NCBI GenBank assembly: GCA_963752715.1 | Contig: CAVVZQ010000008.1 | Span: forward strand, 49,524-113,523 | Source: an uncultured Actinomycetota bacterium | GTDB lineage: Bacteria; Actinomycetota; Actinomycetes; Mycobacteriales; CAVVZQ01 | Direction: 5' to 3' | Length of the DNA: 64,000 nucleotides | Part shown: positions 37,068 through 45,786 of the stretch, piece by piece | How positions within the stretch are numbered: position 1 is the first letter of the stretch | Layout of the letters: every line of letters begins with the position of its first letter | Program-made: the position numbers and the translations under genes | Notes under the pieces: model-generated | The model's database searches: none | What the model saw: the letters and a program-made list of their open reading frames with translations, nothing else | What the model was told of the DNA's origin: nothing

Positions 37068-37956
37068 GTGCTGGTGCCGCTGGCGGTGGGCGGAGCGCTG
37101 CTGGGCGGCGCCGCCGTGGGGCTTCTGCTCGGGCTGCTGGGCGGCGGCGGATCGGTCCTGACGGTTCCGATCCTGGTGTACGGGTTCGACGTTCCGGCGT
37201 ACGCGGCGACGAGCGTGTCGCTGGTGGTCGTGGGCGTGGCCGCGCTTGTCGGAGCGGTCGCCCACGACCGGGCCGGACGCATCCGCAGGTGGGACGCGGC
37301 CCTGTTCGTGGTTCTCGGTGCCCCCGGTGCCTGGCTGGGCGTCCAGCTTGCGGGAAGCGTGCCCGAGCGGGTGCTGCTCGGCGCCTTCGCGGTCCTCATG
37401 GCCGTCTCCGCGGCCGGGATGTGGGCGCGGGCGCGCCGGTCCAGCCCCCCGCCCGGTGACCCCGACCGGGCCGACCGGGCCGAGCGACCGGGCCGACATG
37501 GCCGACCTAGCCGGCCCCGCCGCCGCGGTGGCCACCGCGCTGTCGTGCCCGCTGTGGTCCCGATGCTGGCAGCTGAAGCTGGCGCGCACGGTCGCGGCGG
37601 CTCTCGCGGTGGGGCTGCTCACCGGGTTCCTCGGAGTCGGCGGCGGCTTTCTCGTCGTGCCCGCCCTGGTGACCGCGGTCGGCGTTCCCATGAGGTCGGC
37701 GGTCGGCACGAGCCTGGCAGTGATCAGCGGGAATGCCGCGCTCGCGCTGGGACTGCGGGCGATGGGCCCCGGGCTGCTGCTCGACGCCGAGGACGTGGGT
37801 GCCCTCGTCGCGGTGGTCGTGCCGTTCGTGCTGGCCGCTGTGGTGGGGACCCTGATCGGGTCGCGCCTGTCCGCCCGGGTACCGGCGCAGCGACTGACAC
37901 AGGCGTTCTCGGTTCTCTTCCTCGGGACCGCCGCCTACGTCCTCCTGTCCGCCTAG
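37068..37956 (+). pseudogene. TauE/SafE sulfite-exporter family permease, +1 frameshift near 37484
   Basis: The first half is in frame 0 (track ORF 37068..37982 up to ...GDPDRADRAE). The second half is only in frame 1 (track ORF 37246..37956: DRADMADLAGP...LLTGFLGVGGGFLVVPALV...). GC3 switches frame inside the repeat GACCGGGCC GACCGGGCC GAGC GACCGGGCC. Confidence 0.65.
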
Positions 37957-37982
37957 CCTCGCCACGCACGCACGTCACGTGA

Positions 37983-38645
37983 GACTCGGATCCAACGGGA
38001 CCGAGCGGGGCGGGTACGTCCCTGTACACCACCAAGTCCAAGTTCCAGTTCTTCGTCCGCACCTGGAATCGCGACGGCCGTTCGGACGCCGTCGGCGCTG
38101 ACAACGGCTCAGCGAAGATCGACTCCTACCTGCTGGCCAGTGACGCGTCGCTGGTCCGGCGCGTCAAGGAGCGGCTGCTGTCTGCGCCGGACACCTTCAC
38201 GTTCCTGCACCTGGGTGGGCCTGATGCTGCCGGACACAAGTACGGCTTCGGCTCGGCACGGTACCGACAGGCGGTCCAGGCGACCGACAGGCAGGTTGGG
38301 ATCCTGCTCCGGACGATTGCCGGGAGCTCTCGGCTGCGCACGACCACCACCGTCATACTCACCTCCGATCATGGCGGCGTCGGACGCGGCCACGGCACGG
38401 CTGCTCGTCGGGTCAACTTCACGGTCCCCGTCATGGTGTGGGGTGCTGGCGTGGCCAAGGGACGCAACCTCTACGCCCTCAACTCCGACGACCGTCAACG
38501 TCCCGGTTCGCGTCGCATGGCCTCGTACGCGGGCCGCCAGCCGATCCGCAACGCCGAGGTCGCCAACCTGGCGACCGACCTTCTCGGTTGGCCGAGAGTG
38601 CCGGGCAGCCAGCTCAACGCCAATCAGTCTCTCGACGTCTCGTGA
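37983..38645 (+). pseudogene. 5'-truncated alkaline-phosphatase-superfamily nucleotide pyrophosphatase/phosphodiesterase
   Basis: The frame is open from the stop at 37980-37982: ...TFTFLHLGGPDAAGHKYGFGS...VILTSDHGG...VPVMVWGAGV...IRNAEVANLATDLLG. The N-terminal part of about 150 aa with the nucleophile motif is missing, and there is no start codon. Confidence 0.65.
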
Positions 38646-38745
38646 CACAGCACGACCCTGCAGCTGCTCTGCCGGCCTGTCGCCTACGTACTACTCAGGC
38701 CTCGAAACCCTTGGCGCAGCCGAACCGCCGGAATGGCCTGAGCGC

Positions 38746-40080
38746 GTGAACAGGCTGACAGCCCCACGGGGCTCGGCCCTCCCCCGCAGACTGCTCATCT
38801 CCCTCATCGCCGTGGGCGTCCTTCTCGCCGCGCTGTCCACCGTCGTGGCTGACCGGCCGTCGACTGCTGCTTCCGAGGTGCGACTCGCGTTCGCGGGGGA
38901 CTTCGACGACACGTCCCAGACGACGTCGGTTCTCGACGCCATCAAGGGCGCCCAGCCGGATGCCGCATTCGCGCTCGGCGACCTCAGCTATAGCGACACC
39001 CAGAGCGAGTACGCCTGGTGCAGCTACGTCAAGGGCCGCCTGGGCTCGGCCTTCCCGTTCCAGCTCGTCGCGGGGAACCACGAGGACGAGAGCACCTCGA
39101 ACGGCACGGGTGGCTATATCAACAACTTCTCCGCGTGCCTGCCCAACCAGATCCCCGGGGCCGTCGGCGTCTACGGCCGCGAGTACTACGTGGACATGCC
39201 CTCCAGCGCTCCGCTGGTGCGCGTGGTGAACATCTCGCCGTCGATCGTGTTCGAGGACGGCACCTGGAACTACGCCTCGGGTGACGCGCACTACACCTGG
39301 ACGGCAGCGGCGATCGACGGGGCGCGGTCCGCCGGCATTCCGTGGGTGGTCGTGAACCTGCACTACAACTGCCTGTCCCCAGGGGGCTACTCCTGCGGGG
39401 TGAACAGCGATCTCGTCGCGCTGCTGCACCAGCGCAAGGTGGATCTGGTCTTCAACGGCCACGACCACTTCTACGCCCGCACCCACCAGCTCGCGCTGGG
39501 CTCCGGATGCCCGGCGATCGCGACAGGCGGGTTCGACGCCGACTGCGTGGCAGACAACGACGGTGACTTCGTGGCCGGGAACGGCACGGTGACCAGCGTC
39601 GTCGGCACCGCAGGGGTCGCCCTGCGCGACGTCAACGCCGGCGACCCCGAGGTTGGGTACTTCGCGTCCTTCTCGGGGGCGAACCGCAGTCCCAGCCACG
39701 GCTTCACCGACGTGCGCATCACCGATACGGAGATCTCGGCCCAGTTCACCGCGGCCACCGGCTCGCACTCCGACTCCTTCCGCATCACCAAGGGCTCCGG
39801 AGTTCCTCCCGCGCCGGTCGCGAACGACGACACGGCAAGCACCACCGTGGGTACGGCGGTAACGGTCAGCGCGCCCGGCGTTCTCGCCAACGACTCCGGC
39901 ACCGGCATCTCCGTCACCGGCAACACGACGCCGTCACACGGCACTGCGACCGTCAGCTCCAACGGCTCCTACACCTACGCACCGGCTGGTGGCTTCGAGG
40001 GAACCGACGCCTTCGACTACACGATCACCGACAGTCTCAGCAGGACCAGCACCGCAACTGTCGCGGTCACGGTGAGCTAG
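38746..40080 (+). CDS. Secreted metallophosphoesterase with a C-terminal cadherin/Ig-like domain
   Basis: GTG 38746, signal-anchor RRLLISLIAVGVLLAAL, GDLSY, AGNHE, FNGHDHFY, and a tail ANDDTASTTVGTAVTVSAPGVLANDSG...FDYTITD. Confidence 0.8.
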   Translation: MNRLTAPRGSALPRRLLISLIAVGVLLAALSTVVADRPSTAASEVRLAFAGDFDDTSQTTSVLDAIKGAQPDAAFALGDLSYSDTQSEYAWCSYVKGRLGSAFPFQLVAGNHEDESTSNGTGGYINNFSACLPNQIPGAVGVYGREYYVDMPSSAPLVRVVNISPSIVFEDGTWNYASGDAHYTWTAAAIDGARSAGIPWVVVNLHYNCLSPGGYSCGVNSDLVALLHQRKVDLVFNGHDHFYARTHQLALGSGCPAIATGGFDADCVADNDGDFVAGNGTVTSVVGTAGVALRDVNAGDPEVGYFASFSGANRSPSHGFTDVRITDTEISAQFTAATGSHSDSFRITKGSGVPPAPVANDDTASTTVGTAVTVSAPGVLANDSGTGISVTGNTTPSHGTATVSSNGSYTYAPAGGFEGTDAFDYTITDSLSRTSTATVAVTVS

Positions 40081-40088
40081 TCAGCCCC

Positions 40089-40388
40089 GTGGCGCAGGAC
40101 ACCGGCACATGTGCCCCGTCGGTGGTTTCCGGTCACTCCTACCGCGCCTCGGTCTGGTACCGATCGACGGCCCCGTCGCGGATCATCGCCTACTACCGTG
40201 ACTCCGGCGGGACGTGGCGGGTGTGGTTCGGTGGTCCCTGGCTGCCGGCGAGTGCCGGATGGGTACAGACGTCGCTCGACTCACCTGCGGTACCGGCCGG
40301 TGCCACGCACCTGTCGTACGGGCTGGCACTGTCCTCGGTCGGGACGCTGGTCACCGACGACTACGCGCTGACCGACCTTGGCCCATAG
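40089..40388 (+). pseudogene. Orphan C-terminal half of a jelly-roll/CBM-like domain
   Basis: 99-aa ORF with coding GC3 (GHSYRASVWYRS...YYRDSGGTWRVWFGG...VPAGATHLSYGLALSSVGTLVTDDYAL), starting 8 nt after the phosphoesterase stop in another frame. No N-terminal half and no signal peptide. Confidence 0.4.
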
Positions 40389-40439
40389 CCTTCCTGTAGC
40401 GGCCACCCCCGCGCCCTGCCCCGGGCGGGGCGCGGCGGC

Positions 40440-40628
40440 CTACCCGGCCAGGACGTCGAAGACGTCGTAGACCATGAACGCGGGCCAGACGAGACCCTGG
40501 AGCACGGCCAGGACGTACTCCCAGAAGCTGTCGGCCTGCTGCCAGAAGAACACCCAGGCGCCGAAGATGCCCAGCGCGTAGATCGCGCCCCCGCCAGCGG
40601 CGGCTCCGGAGCTGCTTTCGCTCATCAT
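40440..40628 (-). CDS. Small membrane protein (62 aa)
   Basis: GAIYALGIFGAWVFFWQQADSFWEYVLAVLQGLVWPAFMVY, with GC3 near saturation. Confidence 0.6.
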   Translation of the reverse strand: MMSESSSGAAAGGGAIYALGIFGAWVFFWQQADSFWEYVLAVLQGLVWPAFMVYDVFDVLAG

Positions 40629-40655
40629 GACCTGCCTTCTCGTCGTCTCCGCACC

Positions 40656-42564
40656 CTACGACGTCGCCGCGCGCTCCTCCGCGACGGGCTCCGAGGTGAG
40701 CTCGGAGAGGAACTGGCTGGCATACAGCTCGGCGTACACCCCGCCTCGTTCCAGCAGCTCCGCGTGACTGCCCTGCTCCACGATCGAGCCGTTGTCCATG
40801 ACCAGGATCGTGTCGGCGTCACGGATCGTGGACAGCCGGTGGGCGATGACGAAGCTGGTCCGGCCCCGCCGCAGCTCGGCCATGGCCCGCTGGATCAGCA
40901 CCTCGGTGCGGGTGTCCACCGAGCTCGTCGCCTCGTCGAGGATGAGGACAGGCCGGTCGGCGAGGAACGCCCGCGCGATCGTCATGAGCTGCTTCTCGCC
41001 TGCGGAGAGGTTGGAGGCGTCCTCGTCGAGCACGGTGTCGTACCCGTCGGGCAGCGTGCGCACGAAGTGGTCCACGTACGCCGCCCGGGCAGCCGCACAG
41101 ATCGCCTGCTCGTCGGGGCCAGCTGCGTCCTTGCCCAGCGTCCCCAGCGTCTGCGCCGTAGGCGATGTTGTCCCGGATCGTCCCCCCGAACAGCCAGGTG
41201 TCCTGGAGCACCATCGCGAAGGACCGTCGTACGTCGTCGCGGGTCATCGTGGCGGTGTCCACGCCGTCGAGCGTGATGCGCCCGGCATCGATGTCGTAGA
41301 ACCGCATCAGCAGGTTCACCAGCGTCGTCTTTCCCGCGCCGGTCGGGCCCACGATGGCGATCGTCTCGCCCGGCTCCACCACCAGGTCGAGGTCGTCGAT
41401 CAGCGGGCGGTCGGGCCGGTAGCGGAAGGAGACTCCCTCCAAGGTCACGCGACCGCGGACGGGGCCGACCCGGGCGGGCGCGATGGGGTCGGGCTTCTCG
41501 GGGGTGGCGTCCAGGACCGCGAAGACCCGCTCCGTGCTGGCCACGCCGGACTGCATGAGGTTGACCACGCTCGCGATCTGCGTGATCGGCATCGTGAACT
41601 GGCGCGAGTACTGGATGAAGGCCTGCACGTCGCCGATCGGCATCGTGCCGTTGGCCACCCGAACTCCCCCGACGACGCAGATGAGGACGTAGTTGAGGTT
41701 CCCCACGAAGTGCATCGCGGGCTGGATGATGCCCGAGATGAACTGGGCGCGGAAGCTGGACTGGAAGACCTGCTCGTTGACCTCGTCGAAGTCGGCGACG
41801 ACGCGGTCCTGCATGCCGAAGACCTTCACGAGGTCGTGGCCGGTGTAGGTCTCTTCGACGTGGCTGTTGAGCAGGCCGGTGGTACGCCACTGCGTGACGA
41901 AGTGTGGCTGCGACCGCCGCGCGATGGCCATGGTGACCACGAACGACAGCGGCACGGTGAGCAGCGAGATCACCGCCAGCAGGGGCGAGATCCAGAACAT
42001 CATGACCAGGACGCCGACGACGGTCAGCACGGAGTTGACCAGCTGGGCGGCGATCTGCTGCATGGTCGTGGAGATGTTGTCCAGGTCGTTGGTCACCCGG
42101 CTGAGCAGATCCCCCCGCTCGCTGGAGTCGAAGTAGCGCAGCGGCAGACGGCCCAGCGTGGTCTCCACATCCTCCCGCAGCGCGTACATGGCCCGCTGCA
42201 CGATGCCCGCCACCAGGTAGGCCTGCGCCCACGCGAACAGCGAGCTGAACAGGTAGACCATGGCGACCAGCGCCGCCTGCTGGGCCAGCGCGGCAACATC
42301 CACCCCGCTGCCCCCGACGACGCCGTCGTAGATGAGTGTCGTCGCGTCACCGAGCAGCTTGGGGCCGAGCACCGCGAGGGCGACGCTGACCGAGGCCAGC
42401 GCGAGCACGCTGAGCAGCCAGGGCCGCTCCGGCTCGAGCCGCCGGCCGAGCCGGCGGACCGTGGGCCCGAAGCTCTGCGGCTTCTCCACGGGCATTGCCA
42501 GTCCCGACATCGGCCCACCGCCCAGGGGACCGCGGACCGGGGGCCGCGGGCGGGAGTCGCTCAC
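40656..42564 (-). pseudogene. ABC exporter permease/ATPase fusion (second subunit), frameshifted near 41119-41154
   Basis: GTG 42564 overlaps the upstream stop. The TMD and Walker A GPTGAGKTT are in one frame. The signature and Walker B ([32 protein letters not shown]) appear only in track ORF 40656..41075. The junction lies in a CCAGC(T)GCGTC near-repeat. Confidence 0.7.
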
Positions 42565-44298
42565 GTCGCCTCCTCCGCGGTCAGCTGGGACAGGACGATC
42601 TCCCGATAGGTCTCGCAGGTGTCCATCAGCTCGTGGTGCCTGCCGGAACCGACCAGCCGTCCGCCGTCGAGCACCACGATGCGGTCGGCATGCATGATCG
42701 TGGCCACCCGCTGGGCGACCACGATGACGGTCGCCCGTGAGGTTCGCTGTCGCAGGGCGGCGCGCAGCCGAGCATCGGTGGCGTAGTCGAGCGCGGAGAA
42801 GCTGTCGTCGAAGACGTACACGTCCGGGTTGCGCACGATCGCGCGGGCGATCGCCAGCCGCTGCCGCTGACCGCCGGAGAAGTTGACTCCGCCCTGGTCG
42901 ACGGGCTCGTTGAGGCCCTCCGGGCAGGGCCCGTACGAAGTCCGCTGCCTGGGCGACCTCCAGAGCCGCCCACAGATCCTCGTCGGAGGCGTCCGACCGC
43001 CCCACCCGCAGGTTGCTCGCGACCGTACCGCCGAACAGAAAGGCCCGCTGCGGGACCAGACCGATGCGCGACCACAGGTCGAGCCGGGACATCTCCCGTA
43101 CGTCGACGCCGTCCACCAGCACGGATCCGCCGGTCACGTCGTACAGCCGGGGGATGAGGTTCACCAGTGTCGACTTGCCTGAGCCGGTGGACCCCACGAC
43201 GGCGGTCGTCTGGCCGGGCTCGGCGGTGAGTGTCACGTCCACCAGCACGGACGCCTCCGCGCCCGGGTAGCGGAACTCCGCACCGCGCAGCTCCACCCGA
43301 CCGGCGGGCAGGTGCCTACCGGGGGAGCGGGGCACCGCCGGGTCGGAGAGCTCCGGGGTGACGTCCAGCACGGCCCGTACCCGCTCGGCGGAGGCGGCCG
43401 CCCGCGGGACCATCACGAACATCATCGTCGCCATCATCACGGCGAACAGGATCTGGGTCATGTACGTCAGGAACGCGGTCAGGTTGCCGATGGGCATCTC
43501 ACCGCTGTCCACCCGGAGCCCGCCGAACCAGATGATGGCCACGCTGGAAAGGTTCATGATCAGCATCAGCGCGGGCATCATCAGGGCGAACAGCCGGTTG
43601 ACGGTCAGCGCGGTCGCGGTGAGGTCGGCGTTGGCGGCGGCGAACCTCCGCTGCTCGGAGGAGGTGCGGACGAAGGCCCGGATCACCCGGATGCCGGTCA
43701 GCTGCTCCCGCATCACCCGGTTCACGGTGTCGATCTTGGACTGCATGGAGCGGAACTGCGGGATCGCACGGGAGACGATGGCACCGATCACGATCGCCAT
43801 CACCGGGATCACGATGACGAGCAGCCAGGCCAGCGTCGCATCCATCCGAACGGCCATGACGATGCCGCCGATAGCCATGATGGGCGCGGCGACCATCACG
43901 GTCAGCGCCATCATCAGGAACATCTGGATCTGCTGGACGTCGTTGGTGTTGCGAGTGATCAGGGAGTGGGTGCCGAAGGCGTTGACCTCGCGGTGGGAGA
44001 AGCCCTGCACGGTACGGAACAGCGAGCCGCGCACGTCGCGGCCGAACGCCATCGCGGTGCGGGCGCTGAAGTAGACGGCAACGATCGAGGCGACGCCGAC
44101 AGCGAGGGTGACGCCGAGCATCACGGAGCCGCGCTGCAGGATGTAGCCGGTGTCGCCGGTGACCACTCCGTTGTTGATGATCTGGGCGAAGAGGTCAGGC
44201 AGGTAGAGGTTGCCGAAGGCCTGCACGACCAGCAGTGCGATGACTGCCGCCAACGGCCCCTTGTACGGGGCCAGGAACGAGCGCAGGAGGACGGTCAT
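42561..44298 (-). pseudogene. ABC exporter permease/ATPase fusion (first subunit), frameshifted near 42916-42924
   Basis: The TMD and GSTGSGKST are in the 44298 frame up to ...FVRALPGG. The continuation GLNEPVDQGGVNFSGGQRQRLAIARAIVRNPDVYVFDDSFSALD is in the frame of track ORF 42561..42836. One extra G sits in CCCGGAGGG. Confidence 0.7.
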
Positions 44299-44352
44299 CG
44301 GCTGTGAACGTACGCGCTGTCGGGGCAGTCCGCTCAGCGGCGCTCGCGGGGC

Positions 44353-45550
44353 TCAGTCGTCGCGGTCGGCTCGGCCATGAGCCTCGTCATCGTCCTCCCG
44401 CTCCTCGTCGGACCACCGGGATGCCCGCCACGGCCACTTCTTGCCCTTGGTCTCCTTGGTCAGCAGGAAGCGCTTCGTGTCGTCCTTCGTGGGCGAGCTC
44501 GTCCTGTTGGTCGGCGTGGCAGTCGTCGAGGCCGACTTCTCGGTGGGGGAGGCAGCTCCACTCGACGTCGGTCCGGGAGTCCGAGCCGGAGTCGGAGCCG
44601 AGGTATGTGCGGTGGGCTTCGGCGTCGGTGCGGGGGTACGCGTGGTGGGAACGACCGGTGTCGGGTTCGCGGACGCCGGGGTACGGCTCGGAGCGGGTGC
44701 CGGATCGTCCTGCGGGATGGACCGGATCGCGGACGGCTCAGGAATCGGGGCGGGCCGAGTCGCGGCCGTCGGGAACGGCTCGGGGATGGGGGCACCACCC
44801 GGGAAGGGGTTGGCCGCGGGTGCGGACCGGTCGACCCGCTCTCGTACCCCTACGGCTGCGGGGGCGCCGGCGTCCGCGGTAGGGGACGACCCGCTGGCGC
44901 CGCTGTCCGTCGTTGCCCTGGCAGTGATCGACTGGCTGGGTTCCCGCGTCGCTGCCTGAGACGTGCTCGCCGCACTTTGCCTGTGCCGTGCCCTGCTGCC
45001 CTGGTTGTCCGGCTTGTCCGGCCGTGACCGTGGCGCAACCGTCGGCGGGCATGCTGCTCTCGTCGAGGCGCCGGTAGAGCGCCTCCTTCTCGTGGGCACC
45101 GAAGCCGTCCCGGCTGTCGTAGCGGGCCACGGCGTATCCGTCGTTGATCATTGCCGCGCCCACGTCAGCCGCGCCGTCGCCGTCGTCGCCGTCGAGCACA
45201 AAGCGCAGGAAGCGACCCGAGTGGTCCGGGCTGTCGACCTTGCCGACGCTCGCGCTGAGCTGGACCACCTCGCCGGGCGCCAGAATCGCTGCCAGGTGCT
45301 CCGACGCGGCGCCGTAGCCACAGGTGCCACGGTCTGCGGCGTCGATGCCGATCAGGCGGACCCGGAACTGCTCCCCGTCCTCGTTCTGAACGTACAAGGA
45401 CTCGCCGTCGATGACGCGGACGACCCGGTAGTCCCCGTTGGCGTCGACGGACTGCTGACCAGGCACCACTCCCAGTCCCACCAGCGCCGCGGCTGACACG
45501 GCGACCGTGCCGATCACCACGGACGACGCGACCATGCTCGGATGCTGCAT
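44353..45550 (-). pseudogene. Membrane-anchored thermonuclease (SNase-like) with a Pro/Thr-rich acidic tail, probably frameshifted near 44880-44915
   Basis: The nuclease domain is in track ORF 44738..45550 (VVRVIDGESLYV...VRLIGIDAADRGTCGYG...GRFLRFV). The distal PTPVVPTTRTPAPTPKP...KRFLLTKETKGKKWPW...DEEREDDDE has coding GC3 only in the frame of ORF 44353..45099. Confidence 0.5.
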
Positions 45551-45695
45551 CAGGGCCCCCCTACCTCCTACACACCGACGGGCGGCATGCCGACCCAGAC
45601 AAGAACCGCCCCACGGTGACTAGGTGCGGGTACTCGCCAGGGACTGTGTAACCCCCACGCTCACCCTAGGAACCGGGGGGGCCGGACGCCACTAT

Positions 45696-45713
45696 CCGGA
45701 GGGTCGCCTCCGG
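45696..45713 (+). other. Stem-loop CCGGAGG-gtcg-CCTCCGG in the plsB leader
   Basis: Perfect 7-bp stem, 74 nt upstream of the GTG at 45787. Confidence 0.4.
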
Positions 45714-45786
45714 TGCTGTCGCAGAACTCGCTCGCCGCTACGGTGACTGCATCCTTTCTAGCCCTCCGACCCCTGGGATCGCGACC

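Noticed and set aside
37068-37982. 304-aa intact-looking TauE ORF
   Set aside because: Only the first roughly 140 aa look like TauE. The rest is Arg-rich, and the true second half (GVGGGFLVVPALV...) lies in the frame of ORF 37246..37956.
40819-44298. Single 1159-aa ORF suggesting one giant ABC protein
   Set aside because: It is an artefact of two adjacent frameshifted ABC genes. The middle and end of the translation are nonsense, while the missing signature and Walker B segments are found in other frames.
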